From: Eubacteriales bacterium
GTDB lineage: Bacteria; Bacillota; Clostridia; Oscillospirales; CAG-272
Length of the DNA stretch: 64,000 nt
Direction of reading: 5' to 3'
Assembly: GCA_045543955.1 (NCBI GenBank)
Contig: JAZPYB010000030.1
Span: 961 to 64,960 of the forward strand
Both the position numbers and the translations under genes were made by a program. The notes under the pieces are model-generated. The model was given only the letters and a program-made list of their open reading frames with translations. It did not search any database and was not told the DNA's origin. Within the stretch, counting starts at the first letter, position 1. Every line of letters begins with the position of its first letter. Below are positions 55,698-63,926 of this stretch, one piece after another.

Positions 55698-58007
55698 ATG
55701 GAAAAAACTAAATTTTTTGAAAAAATTAAAAGCTCGAGTGAAATCAAAATGGTCCTTGTCGAATGCTTTACCTTCGCCCTTGGGCTACTTCTTACTCCAC
55801 TCAGGTTTGCCTTGGGTATTTATCCATTTGGAATTGCGCTTTTGTGCGCTACAACAAAATATACTCTTTTTGCATATGCGGGCGCTGTTTTTTCTATTTT
55901 CTTGTTTATGGATGCTGACCTTGTTTATTTAATAGGCATTTCAGCAGTTTTGGTTTTAAGGCTTATCGCCTCATTTATGACAAAGCCAGAGCAAAAGGGC
56001 GCACCTCTTTTAGGTCAGAGGCGCGAGCTTTCGCTTTTTTCCGGGCTTTTTGAGGAAAACATCAGCGCTAAGATTTTTATTGCGCTTGCAACCTCGTTTG
56101 GAATTGGGCTTTACTTTGTAATTGTCAACGGCTATATGTTTTATGATATTTTTGCGCTTGTGTTCTTCTCTACCTTGTCGCCTATTATGACATACGGCTT
56201 TTCCGGTGCCTTTGAGGGCAAGCGAGGCAAGGGCTACCTAATCTCAATTTGCGCGTTTCTTTTCGCCTTGGTTTTCCTTTTAAGGGGGCGCGAGGTTTTA
56301 GGAGTTGATATTTCAATAGTCATTTCCTATGCTCTTGTTTTATGGGCATCCAAAAACATTTCAATTGGAGCCTCTGCCACCCTTGGCGCACTATTGGGGC
56401 TTTGTGGCAGTATTACCCTAGCGCCTGTTTTTGCCCTTGCAGGAGTAATATCTGGACTTATTTTTAAAATGTCCTCATATCTCGCTATTATGTCAGCATT
56501 TATTCTTGTAATGGGCTATGGAATTTACACAAGTGGCTATTCAGCCATTGCAGGTCTTGCCCCCGAGGCTTTGGGCGCTTCTTTAATTATGTACCCAATT
56601 TTAAAATTTGATATTTTGCCACGCCCTGCGTTTTTGCACGTAAGCGACGAGGGAAAAAGCGTGGGCGAGATTGTGCTTGAAAGACAAGACGAAAAGACGA
56701 AAAACGACCTAGCCGATATGTCAAAATCATTTGAGGAAATTTCCGAAATGCTTTACGACATTGCAAAAGCCACCAAAGCGCCAACAAGAAAGGAATACGA
56801 CAAGATGTGCTACGAGGCTTGCGAGGGCTACTGCTACTCTTGTCCTAAAAACGAAATCTGCTGGGCGCGTGACACCGAAACCACCAAGCAAAATATATCA
56901 AAAATGAGCGAACAGGTTTTCTTTAAAAACGAGGTTGATTTTAGGCGCTTGGACGAAAAATTTATACATCGCTGTCCAAACATTGAAAAGATTTGTCAAG
57001 ATATTACAAAAAAGTCGAGCACTATTGTAAGAGACGGAATAAAAAATGACCGATTAAGCATTAGCGCAAACAACTTTGAGCTTACCTCAAAAATGCTCCG
57101 TGCAATTTGCACCGAGCCAAATATTGATGACGAGGAAAATTTAAAATACACATTTATTGCCTCTCGCGTTGCATCAAACCTAGGTCTTTGTTGTGAAAAA
57201 ATCGAGGTAACAGGCGGGGCAAAAAAGCACATTATAGCAACGGATGTTGACCTAGACAGAAGTAGCTGTACAGGCGAGGAATTACGAGCCGAGCTTGAAA
57301 GACAGCTGTGCATACCTCTCGAAAATCCCAAAATTGAGGAGAAAAACGACACCTTCTCGCTTGAAATTTCCAGCCGTGCCGCGTATAAGACAAGCTATTC
57401 TATAAAAACCGTTCCATCGGGTAACGAGCCAAATGGCGACAGTGCCATTTCCTTTAGTGGTAAAAACGACAAGGAGTATTTCTTAATTTGCGACGGAATG
57501 GGTACAGGGGACGAGGCGCACCTAACTGCCAAAATGTGCACAGGCTTCCTTGAAAAAATATTGAAGGTTTCAAGCCAAAAGGAGATTGCCCTCTCTATTC
57601 TTAACAACTTTGTGCGCTCCAAAAACGTGGAATGCTCCTCAAGCGTTGACCTCTTGGAAATCGACCTTGTTGGCAAGGGTGCAAGCTTTTTAAAGAGTGG
57701 CGCATCACCTTCGTTTATTAAGCGAGGCGAAAAGGTCTTTAAGCTCCTTTCAAAAACTGCGCCTATTGGAATTATGCGCACACTAGATGCAGAAAAGCTT
57801 TCCTTCTCCTTTGAGAGTGGCGACATTTGTGTTATGCTAAGCGACGGTGTTGCCTCTGACAAGGGGGATGCACATTGGCTAAACCAATATCTAATGGAGA
57901 CAGAAAGCACAGAGCCCGAAAAAATAGCAAACGAAATTTTGAGCCTTGCAAAAGCACACAGAGAGACAAAGGACGATATGAGCATTATTGTTATACTGTT
58001 TGAATAG
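55698..58007 (+). CDS. spoIIE: Stage II sporulation protein E (PP2C phosphatase)
   Basis: 769 aa with about ten N-terminal TM segments and a C-terminal PP2C domain (FLICDGMGTGDEA; MLSDGV; DDMSII). Confidence 0.9.
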   Translation: MEKTKFFEKIKSSSEIKMVLVECFTFALGLLLTPLRFALGIYPFGIALLCATTKYTLFAYAGAVFSIFLFMDADLVYLIGISAVLVLRLIASFMTKPEQKGAPLLGQRRELSLFSGLFEENISAKIFIALATSFGIGLYFVIVNGYMFYDIFALVFFSTLSPIMTYGFSGAFEGKRGKGYLISICAFLFALVFLLRGREVLGVDISIVISYALVLWASKNISIGASATLGALLGLCGSITLAPVFALAGVISGLIFKMSSYLAIMSAFILVMGYGIYTSGYSAIAGLAPEALGASLIMYPILKFDILPRPAFLHVSDEGKSVGEIVLERQDEKTKNDLADMSKSFEEISEMLYDIAKATKAPTRKEYDKMCYEACEGYCYSCPKNEICWARDTETTKQNISKMSEQVFFKNEVDFRRLDEKFIHRCPNIEKICQDITKKSSTIVRDGIKNDRLSISANNFELTSKMLRAICTEPNIDDEENLKYTFIASRVASNLGLCCEKIEVTGGAKKHIIATDVDLDRSSCTGEELRAELERQLCIPLENPKIEEKNDTFSLEISSRAAYKTSYSIKTVPSGNEPNGDSAISFSGKNDKEYFLICDGMGTGDEAHLTAKMCTGFLEKILKVSSQKEIALSILNNFVRSKNVECSSSVDLLEIDLVGKGASFLKSGASPSFIKRGEKVFKLLSKTAPIGIMRTLDAEKLSFSFESGDICVMLSDGVASDKGDAHWLNQYLMETESTEPEKIANEILSLAKAHRETKDDMSIIVILFE

Positions 58008-58053
58008 TCATTTTAATTTTTCCACCCTCATATAATTCATATGAGGTGAAAAT

Positions 58054-58545
58054 ATGAAAAAGCTTTTAGTGTTTTCTTTAATAATTTTGTGCTTGATTTT
58101 GAGCTCGTGCCGAGGTCAGAAATATGGCATTTTATCATATCAGGAGGGCGATATTTACGCCGAGTGCCTTTTAAATGGCGAATATAAAATTGCAGTTTCA
58201 AAAAACGGGGACGAAAAAAGCGTGTCCTTTCTTTCTCCCACATCTCTTTCCTCTGTTTCATTTATCGAAAGGGACGGCAAAATTGTAGGTAGCGCTGGGG
58301 AAATAAAAATCCCATTTGATAGCCAAGAATTATCCGGTGTTACTGCAATTTTATCTATGTTTTCACTAGACGAGGGTGGGCTAGTTTCCGCCACCGGCAA
58401 GGGGGAAAGCGCCTGTATGGAATTTAATAACACATTAGGCACATACAAGGTAACAATAGGCAAAAATAACCTGCCAAGGCGCATAGAAATCTTTTCCGAA
58501 AGGTATGAATTTGACATTCTTGTTGAGGCAATAAAGCTAAATTAA
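58054..58545 (+). CDS. Lipoprotein of unknown function
   Basis: 163 aa with a signal peptide, the lipobox LILSSC and a good GAGGTG RBS. Confidence 0.6.
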   Translation: MKKLLVFSLIILCLILSSCRGQKYGILSYQEGDIYAECLLNGEYKIAVSKNGDEKSVSFLSPTSLSSVSFIERDGKIVGSAGEIKIPFDSQELSGVTAILSMFSLDEGGLVSATGKGESACMEFNNTLGTYKVTIGKNNLPRRIEIFSERYEFDILVEAIKLN

Positions 58546-58567
58546 AATGGGAGGCAAGTTGCCACAC

Positions 58568-58601
58568 AAAAAGGGTGCGCCTGTTTGGCACACCCTTTTT
58601 T
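58568..58601. terminator. Bidirectional terminator
   Basis: Stem AAAAAGGGTGCGCC / GGCACACCCTTTTT (imperfect). Confidence 0.75.
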
Positions 58602-58602
58602 A

Positions 58603-59547
58603 TTATTTCTTTAAGCTGATTGCTTTCTTTGCTTTTTCAACAATGCCCTTTGCGTTTAGTCCGTAGTATTCGATAAGCTCCTTAGCTGGACCACTCTTAC
58701 CAAAAACATCCTCAACGCCGTGGCGTACAACTGGAACCGGGTAGCTTTCGCCTATTGCTTCAGCAACTGCTGAGCAAAGACCGCCAATAATGTTATGCTC
58801 CTCGCTAACAACGACAGCGCCTGTTCTCTTTGCATCGTTTACAATTGTATCAGCATCAAGTGGCTTTACTGTATGCGCGTTGATAACTGATGCAGAAATG
58901 CCCTCCTCAGCTAGCATTTTTCTAGCCTCGAGTGCCTCTGCCACCATCATACCATTAGCAACGATTGTAACATCGGTTCCCTCTGCCATTTTGATAGCCT
59001 TGCCAATTTCAAATTTATAGCCCTCGTTATCGTTGATAATAGGAAGGGCTAGTCTGCCAAAGCGAATATATACAGGTCCTTGATATTCAACTGCTGCCAT
59101 AACAGCAGCACGCGCCTCAACACCATCACTTGGGTTGATAACAACCATACCAGGAATTGTACGCATAAGCGCAATGTCCTCGTTGCATTGGTGGGTTGCA
59201 CCATCCTCGCCTACTGAAATACCTGCGTGTGTTGCACAGATTTTAACATTTAGGTGTGGGTAGCCGATTGAGTTTCTAACTTGGTCAAAGCTTCTTCCTG
59301 CTGCGAACATAGCAAATGTACTAGCAAATGGAATTTTACCACAGGTAGAAAGACCTGCTGCCACTGAAAACATATTGTTCTCTGCTATACCACAGTCGAT
59401 AAATCTCTCGGGGAATTTTTTCTTAAAGATACAAGTTTTTGTAGCCTCGGCTAAGTCTGCGTCAAGAACAACAATGTCCTTGTTTATCTCGCCAAGCTCG
59501 GCAAGTGCATTACCATAGGCTTCTCTTGTTGCAATCTTGTCTGCCAT
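58603..59547 (-). CDS. Transketolase, C-terminal (pyrimidine-binding) subunit
   Basis: 314 aa: TREAYGNALAELG..., GIAENNM, EDGATHQ. Confidence 0.92.
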   Translation of the reverse strand: MADKIATREAYGNALAELGEINKDIVVLDADLAEATKTCIFKKKFPERFIDCGIAENNMFSVAAGLSTCGKIPFASTFAMFAAGRSFDQVRNSIGYPHLNVKICATHAGISVGEDGATHQCNEDIALMRTIPGMVVINPSDGVEARAAVMAAVEYQGPVYIRFGRLALPIINDNEGYKFEIGKAIKMAEGTDVTIVANGMMVAEALEARKMLAEEGISASVINAHTVKPLDADTIVNDAKRTGAVVVSEEHNIIGGLCSAVAEAIGESYPVPVVRHGVEDVFGKSGPAKELIEYYGLNAKGIVEKAKKAISLKK

Positions 59548-60395
59548 TAGTTGTTACCCCCTAAAGAATTTTTGTAAGCTGTAAGCTCAGCCATAGCTTG
59601 GTTATATTGCTCCTCATTAGGTGCTTTACCGTGCCATGATGCTTGGTCCTCCATAAAGGAAACGCCCTTGCCCTTTATTGTCTTTGCAACAATAGCAGTT
59701 GGCTTGCCCTTAACCTTTTTAGCTGACTCAAACGCACAAAGAATTTCTTCAATATTGTGTCCGTCAATAGTGATAACATTCCAGCCGAATGCTTCAAGCT
59801 TGCTTTCATATGGCATTGTGTTCATAACGTCAGAAACACGGCCATCAATTTGGAGTCCGTTATTATCAATTATCAAGCAGAGGTTGTCAAGCTTATAGTG
59901 TGCGGCAAACATAATTGCCTCCCAAACCTGACCCTCTTGGCTTTCTCCATCGCCAACTAGTGCGTAGGTTCTATAATCCTTGCCATTTAATTTTGCAGCA
60001 AGTGCCATACCACAAGCACAAGAAAAGCCTTGTCCAAGCGAGCCTGCTGACATATCAACTCCACTAATTGCCTTCATATCAGGGTGACCCTGTAAAAGAG
60101 CTCCTGTATGTCTAAATGACTTTAATTCCTCAGCTGGGAAAAATCCCTTTAGCGCAAGCGCTGAGTATAGCCCTGGGCACGAATGTCCCTTTGACATAAC
60201 AAAACGGTCGCGATTTTCCCACTTTGGATTATTTACATCAATATTTAGTTCTGAAAAGTATAGACAAGCCAAAATGTCAGCGCTTGAAAGTGCGCCGCCC
60301 GGATGTCCTGACTTTGCGTTATATACCGCTTCAACAATGCCGAGTCTAATCTCTAGAGCTGTTTTTTGAAGCGCTAAAATTTTATCATTCTCCAT
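59547..60395 (-). CDS. Transketolase, N-terminal (TPP-binding) subunit
   Basis: 282 aa: SGHPGGALS, GSLGQG, GDGESQEGQVWEA. Confidence 0.92.
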   Translation of the reverse strand: MENDKILALQKTALEIRLGIVEAVYNAKSGHPGGALSSADILACLYFSELNIDVNNPKWENRDRFVMSKGHSCPGLYSALALKGFFPAEELKSFRHTGALLQGHPDMKAISGVDMSAGSLGQGFSCACGMALAAKLNGKDYRTYALVGDGESQEGQVWEAIMFAAHYKLDNLCLIIDNNGLQIDGRVSDVMNTMPYESKLEAFGWNVITIDGHNIEEILCAFESAKKVKGKPTAIVAKTIKGKGVSFMEDQASWHGKAPNEEQYNQAMAELTAYKNSLGGNN

Positions 60396-60427
60396 TTTTG
60401 CCTCCGAGTGATGTATTTATATGATTT

Positions 60428-60456
60428 ATTTTAACACTTGGCAAAAAAAATGTCAA
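60428..60456 (-). promoter_or_regulatory. tkt operon promoter
   Basis: On the minus strand: -35 TTGACA (60456..60451), a 17-nt spacer, -10 TAAAAT (60433..60428). Confidence 0.65.
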
Positions 60457-60505
60457 TATTGTTTATATATAAACTTTAATTCGTAAAGTAAATTATTTTT
60501 TAAAT

Positions 60506-60553
60506 AATCCTCGGATATTTTCTCTCGATTATATCCGAGGATTTTATTTTTTT
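60506..60553 (+). terminator. Strong orphan hairpin/terminator at the island boundary
   Basis: Perfect 13-bp stem AATCCTCGGATAT / ATATCCGAGGATT with a 12-nt loop, followed by TTTTATTTTTTT. There is no obvious upstream plus-strand gene. Confidence 0.55.
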
Positions 60554-60567
60554 GTAATCTCCAAATA

Positions 60568-60596
60568 TTGACATTTATTCATTATTGTGCTATAAT
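60568..60596 (+). promoter_or_regulatory. Consensus promoter of the 68-aa ORF
   Basis: -35 TTGACA (60568..60573), a 17-nt spacer, -10 TATAAT (60591..60596). Confidence 0.75.
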
Positions 60597-60627
60597 ATTT
60601 TCAAATCAAAACCAAGGAGATTAATAT

Positions 60628-60834
60628 ATGTTTTGCCCATTTATAAAAGAAAATTGTTCATCAAACTGTGTTTTTAACAATAACAATAATTGCAAATTAT
60701 TGCGTATTATGAAGAGTATTGAAAGTAACACAGGTTCAGACCAAACAGAATCATGGGATATCAATAATAAATTGGGCGATATTTCAGACAAATTAGACCG
60801 TATTATAAAAATACTTGAACAATCTGCTGATTAA
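60628..60834 (+). CDS. Small Cys-rich hypothetical protein
   Basis: 68 aa, MFCPFIKENCSSNCVFNNNNNCKLL..., with an AAGGAG RBS and a consensus promoter. Confidence 0.55.
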   Translation: MFCPFIKENCSSNCVFNNNNNCKLLRIMKSIESNTGSDQTESWDINNKLGDISDKLDRIIKILEQSAD

Positions 60835-60982
60835 TTTTTTTTGAAGTTTTATATAGCACTTTATTTGCTTCTTCTATTGTAAGATTTTCTTTTGCAATAA
60901 TTTTTATTATTTCATTTACAATCATTTCTTGAGACTGCTGTTCATTCCGAACGGCAGTTTCTTTTATATTTATATTAGCCAT
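60803..60982 (-). CDS. Small hypothetical protein (59 aa), convergent with and overlapping 60628..60834
   Basis: Below the ORF-track cutoff. My translation is MANINIKETAVRNEQQSQEMIVNEIIKIIAKENLTIEEANKVLYKTSKKINQQIVQVFL, with an AAGGGGGAGG RBS close to the ATG. Confidence 0.4.
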   Translation of the reverse strand: MANINIKETAVRNEQQSQEMIVNEIIKIIAKENLTIEEANKVLYKTSKKINQQIVQVFL

Positions 60983-61018
60983 AATGCCTCCCCCTTTCGT
61001 CTGTACTTTTTGTGATTA

Positions 61019-62480
61019 GTGAATTTTAAAAATTCACTTTTTATTTGAAGAATTCTAAAAGATATTTTTTCACCTCCACAGAACAACTGTCTCTAAATTC
61101 AAAGAATTCTATCATGCTCATACAACAAAAATATTTGCCACCGTACAAAACAAGATAATTTAAAATGTGCTCATTGTAATTCTTTAAAACAACTGGTAAA
61201 CTCTTTCCTAAATATTTGCTTCCTTCTGGGCTATTGATGTATATCTGATAAAACAAATATCCCAATAAAACGCAGATAATATGAAAAGCAATTACATTGT
61301 ATTTTGTTGTTTTAAAATCTTCTATCTTCCAAAAGTCTTTTAACTGCCTAAAATCTTCTTCTATTTCAGGTCTGAGTTCGTATGTAGAAACAATTTCTCT
61401 CGCTGATGCTTTTGTATTCGTTGTTACTATTACAATATACTTTTCGGTTTCGGTATCCCAAATTACACAAGCATTAAGTGGTACATCTCTTGAGGCACCA
61501 AAAGTATCCCAACCAGTAACATTAGGAACAAATGCTATTTTTTGTCCTATTCTATACTTATTAGGATGTGCCATCCAATTATTTTCACTTATTGCAATAT
61601 CAACAGCATCGTAATAGGCTGTCATATTGTTTCTTAAAGGAACATAAGTATCTACACATTTTTCGTTTTTCAAGAAATTTATAAGCTCTCTTGATAGAAA
61701 ACCTCTGTCATTAATCAATATATCACCACGATTAAAACATCTTGTTGTCTTAATCATATCCTCGGACAATGCCAAATCGTGTGTAGAAGCTGTTCCAAAT
61801 CTAATTTCTTCAATAATACCAGTATCATTATAAATGCCTCTTAAAGAAGATAATTTATACCCTCTCATGGTTTCACCTTTTCGGTCTCTTGATATGGTAG
61901 AATTCTCATAATTTTCGTTATCGAAATTTACAGCTATTTTTGTACAGTCTAATATGTGAATGTTGGGTCTTATATCCTTTAATGGCATAATGTGTTTTTT
62001 AACAACGCTATTATAATAAGCAATCAAATCTTCGTTTGAATATTTACTTAATAAATACCTAATAGTACCCTCTGTAAAGAATTCGTTTTTATTATCACAA
62101 ACCATATTGTAACCAATCTCTGCTAACACTCTGTGGTCTTGTATTGCCGTTGGAATGTCAGTTAGACTAGTATGTATTTTCATTTTTGCTGCTATAGACA
62201 TAGCTATAATCAACTTAAACGGCACATATGAATTATGTCTTCGTTTGTCTGAAAATCCATTTGCCAAACAATCAATAACACCATCACGACACATTGACAA
62301 TATGATATCATCAATTAAACTGCTATTGCTTATAACGATATTTCTTAGACTCTTGCTTTGAATCAACTTTTTAATTTGTTCTTTATTGTTTTTACAAATA
62401 GTCAACATACAGTCTACCTCCTTTCCACTTATAGTGTACCACATATTTCCACTTTTGTCAACTATTTGTGGAATTTTTTC
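61019..62480 (-). mobile_element. IS4-family insertion sequence (ends not resolved)
   Basis: It contains the DDE transposase gene and its own promoter. Only a weak match of about 10 bp exists between 61028..61037 and the complement of 62467..62477, so the boundaries are approximate. Confidence 0.4.
61041..62408 (-). CDS. IS4-family DDE transposase
   Basis: The Y(2)R(3)E(6)K signature is present as YELRPEIEEDFRQLK, along with a DRGF motif (INDRGFLS). ATG 62408 follows an AGGAGG RBS and a promoter with -35 TTGACA (62461..62456), a 17-nt spacer and -10 TACACT (62438..62433). Confidence 0.8.
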   Translation of the reverse strand: MLTICKNNKEQIKKLIQSKSLRNIVISNSSLIDDIILSMCRDGVIDCLANGFSDKRRHNSYVPFKLIIAMSIAAKMKIHTSLTDIPTAIQDHRVLAEIGYNMVCDNKNEFFTEGTIRYLLSKYSNEDLIAYYNSVVKKHIMPLKDIRPNIHILDCTKIAVNFDNENYENSTISRDRKGETMRGYKLSSLRGIYNDTGIIEEIRFGTASTHDLALSEDMIKTTRCFNRGDILINDRGFLSRELINFLKNEKCVDTYVPLRNNMTAYYDAVDIAISENNWMAHPNKYRIGQKIAFVPNVTGWDTFGASRDVPLNACVIWDTETEKYIVIVTTNTKASAREIVSTYELRPEIEEDFRQLKDFWKIEDFKTTKYNVIAFHIICVLLGYLFYQIYINSPEGSKYLGKSLPVVLKNYNEHILNYLVLYGGKYFCCMSMIEFFEFRDSCSVEVKKYLLEFFK

Positions 62481-62489
62481 CAAAAAATG

Positions 62490-62517
62490 TTGACATTTTT
62501 TTAAAATAGTGTATAAT
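62490..62517 (+). promoter_or_regulatory. Promoter of the XRE operon, back-to-back with the transposase promoter
   Basis: -35 TTGACA (62490..62495), a 16-nt spacer, -10 TATAAT (62512..62517). Confidence 0.65.
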
Positions 62518-62541
62518 ATTGGTAGAAGGAGTGTGATTTTT

Positions 62542-62850
62542 ATGGGACTATCTATGGGAACTAAAATTAAAAACTTGCGTGAAAAAGCTGGGATGTCTCA
62601 GACAGAGCTTGCAGATAAGCTTGGCTTAAGCAAATCCGTTGTTTCAGCATACGAGAAAGGAATACGAAATCCTTCTTTTAAAGTTTTGCCAGTGTTAGCA
62701 AAAATTTTCAATGTCCCCGAAACACATTTCTTTGAAAAGGGCGAGTGGGGAAAACAAGCCGTTACTATCGACATATCAGATTTAAACCAAGACCAACAAA
62801 GGATTATTATATCGTTGGTTAATGAGTTTAAAGAAAGCAATAACAAATGA
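62542..62850 (+). CDS. XRE-family HTH transcriptional regulator
   Basis: IKNLREKAGMSQTELADKLGLSKSVVSAYEKGIRNPS. I prefer ATG 62542 after an AAGGAG RBS. Confidence 0.85.
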   Translation: MGLSMGTKIKNLREKAGMSQTELADKLGLSKSVVSAYEKGIRNPSFKVLPVLAKIFNVPETHFFEKGEWGKQAVTIDISDLNQDQQRIIISLVNEFKESNNK

Positions 62851-62866
62851 TAACTGGGAGGTGCTT

Positions 62867-63082
62867 ATGTATTTAGTTTTATCTAAAGATGTTTGTTATC
62901 AATTTAATCTTCATACTCAATTCAACAACATACAAGGTTATATCCTCGACCAAGATGAAAACTTTATTAAGATTAAAATAAAACAAATTAACATTCTCAA
63001 CAACGAGATTAAGCCGTTGGACAATGTAGTATATATTTCAAAAAATGAAATAAAGTGCTTTTTTAAAATTAGCAACAATTAA
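62867..63082 (+). CDS. Small hypothetical protein downstream of the XRE gene
   Basis: 71 aa, MYLVLSKDVCYQFNLHTQFNNIQGYILDQDENFIKIKIK..., with a GGGAGG RBS. Confidence 0.5.
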   Translation: MYLVLSKDVCYQFNLHTQFNNIQGYILDQDENFIKIKIKQINILNNEIKPLDNVVYISKNEIKCFFKISNN

Positions 63083-63252
63083 ATAGGTTCTTTGTCACCA
63101 CTCTGTATGCGTAATTCTTCTACGCTTTTGATTATTGATATAATCTTTTCTATTTGAAATACTAAATGCAATTTATTTATCATTTCGTCCTCATTCTTTA
63201 TCTTCGAATTTAACTCATCTATCTTATTAAGTAAAATATCTATCGCTTTCAT
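63079..63252 (-). CDS. Small coiled-coil hypothetical protein (57 aa)
   Basis: Below the track cutoff. My translation is MKAIDILLNKIDELNSKIKNEDEMINKLHLVFQIEKIISIIKSVEELRIQSGDKEPI, with an AAAGGAGA RBS. It overlaps the stop of 62867..63082 by 4 nt (TTAA). Confidence 0.45.
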   Translation of the reverse strand: MKAIDILLNKIDELNSKIKNEDEMINKLHLVFQIEKIISIIKSVEELRIQSGDKEPI

Positions 63253-63272
63253 TATTTAATTTCTCCTTTCAC

Positions 63273-63303
63273 AGAGACATTCAGCACGAATGTCTCTTTT
63301 TGT
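63273..63303 (+). terminator. Rho-independent terminator (plus strand)
   Basis: 10-bp stem AGAGACATTC / GAATGTCTCT with loop AGCAC, followed by TTTTTGTTTT. Confidence 0.75.
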
Positions 63304-63311
63304 TTTGAATA

Positions 63312-63340
63312 TTGACAATTTTAGCCAATTATGTTATAAT
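63312..63340 (+). promoter_or_regulatory. Consensus promoter
   Basis: -35 TTGACA (63312..63317), a 17-nt spacer, -10 TATAAT (63335..63340). Confidence 0.8.
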
Positions 63341-63346
63341 GTGTTC

Positions 63347-63510
63347 GTCACACAATTGCATATATTTCTGTCTATAGGGAAACTATACTTTTCGGTAAAA
63401 GGTGTTTCTCTCTTTTGCTTATGCCTATAGATAGGAGTAGCAATTGTGTGACAACAATGAGAGATGCATTTTTTCGGTGTGTCTCTTATTGGGACACACT
63501 TTTTTATTTT
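63347..63510 (+). ncRNA. Candidate structured leader (riboregulator) or sRNA: extended hairpin plus intrinsic terminator
   Basis: P1 is a perfect 13-bp pairing of GTCACACAATTGC (63347..63359) with GCAATTGTGTGAC (63440..63452). P2 is an 11-bp pairing of 63368..63378 with 63424..63434 and includes one G-U pair. The apical region is 45 nt and contains a small hairpin. The terminator GTGTGTC / GACACAC plus T6 lies at 63477..63510. Confidence 0.45.
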
Positions 63511-63526
63511 TGAAAGGAAACACCTT

Positions 63527-63904
63527 ATGAAAAAAATCAATCGCCCATTTACCCTCGTATTGCTAATTATTATAGCAAACATCTTCGTATTATCTTCTTG
63601 TAACATCATCAATTCTTCTACCGACGATTCAAGCAACAATCCTAATTACAATCCTATTGATTATCCCTCTAACAATTCTTGCATACACGATTGGGAACCA
63701 CCGACATGCCTTGAACCTGCACAGTGTTCAAAATGTGATGCATACAAAACAGATGGAAAATTAGGGAATCATGCTTGGAGACATGCAACATGCCAAGAAC
63801 CTGCATTTTGTTATTATTGCTATGAGCAAAAAGATAATAATTTAGGAACACATAAGTTCTTAGATGACGGTTATTGCGTTTATTGTGGCATAGCAAGAGA
63901 CTAA
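63527..63904 (+). CDS. Cys-rich lipoprotein with tandem HxW-x3-TCxEPxxCxxC motifs
   Basis: MKKINRPFTLVLLIIIANIFVLSSC (lipobox). The repeats are HDWEPPTCLEPAQCSKC, HAWRHATCQEPAFCYYC and a truncated third, HKFLDDGYCVYC. Confidence 0.6.
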   Translation: MKKINRPFTLVLLIIIANIFVLSSCNIINSSTDDSSNNPNYNPIDYPSNNSCIHDWEPPTCLEPAQCSKCDAYKTDGKLGNHAWRHATCQEPAFCYYCYEQKDNNLGTHKFLDDGYCVYCGIARD

Positions 63905-63926
63905 TAATATAGGAGGCAAAAAATCA

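Noticed and set aside
57395-57985. A 196-aa ORF antisense to the spoIIE phosphatase domain
   Set aside because: It is a shadow ORF within a well-supported PP2C domain coding region. It has no RBS or promoter.
61019-61037. The palindrome GTGAATTTTAAAAATTCAC as the left terminal inverted repeat of the IS
   Set aside because: Only about 10 nt match the complement of 62467-62477, and no flanking direct repeat could be confirmed. The IS ends are therefore left unresolved.
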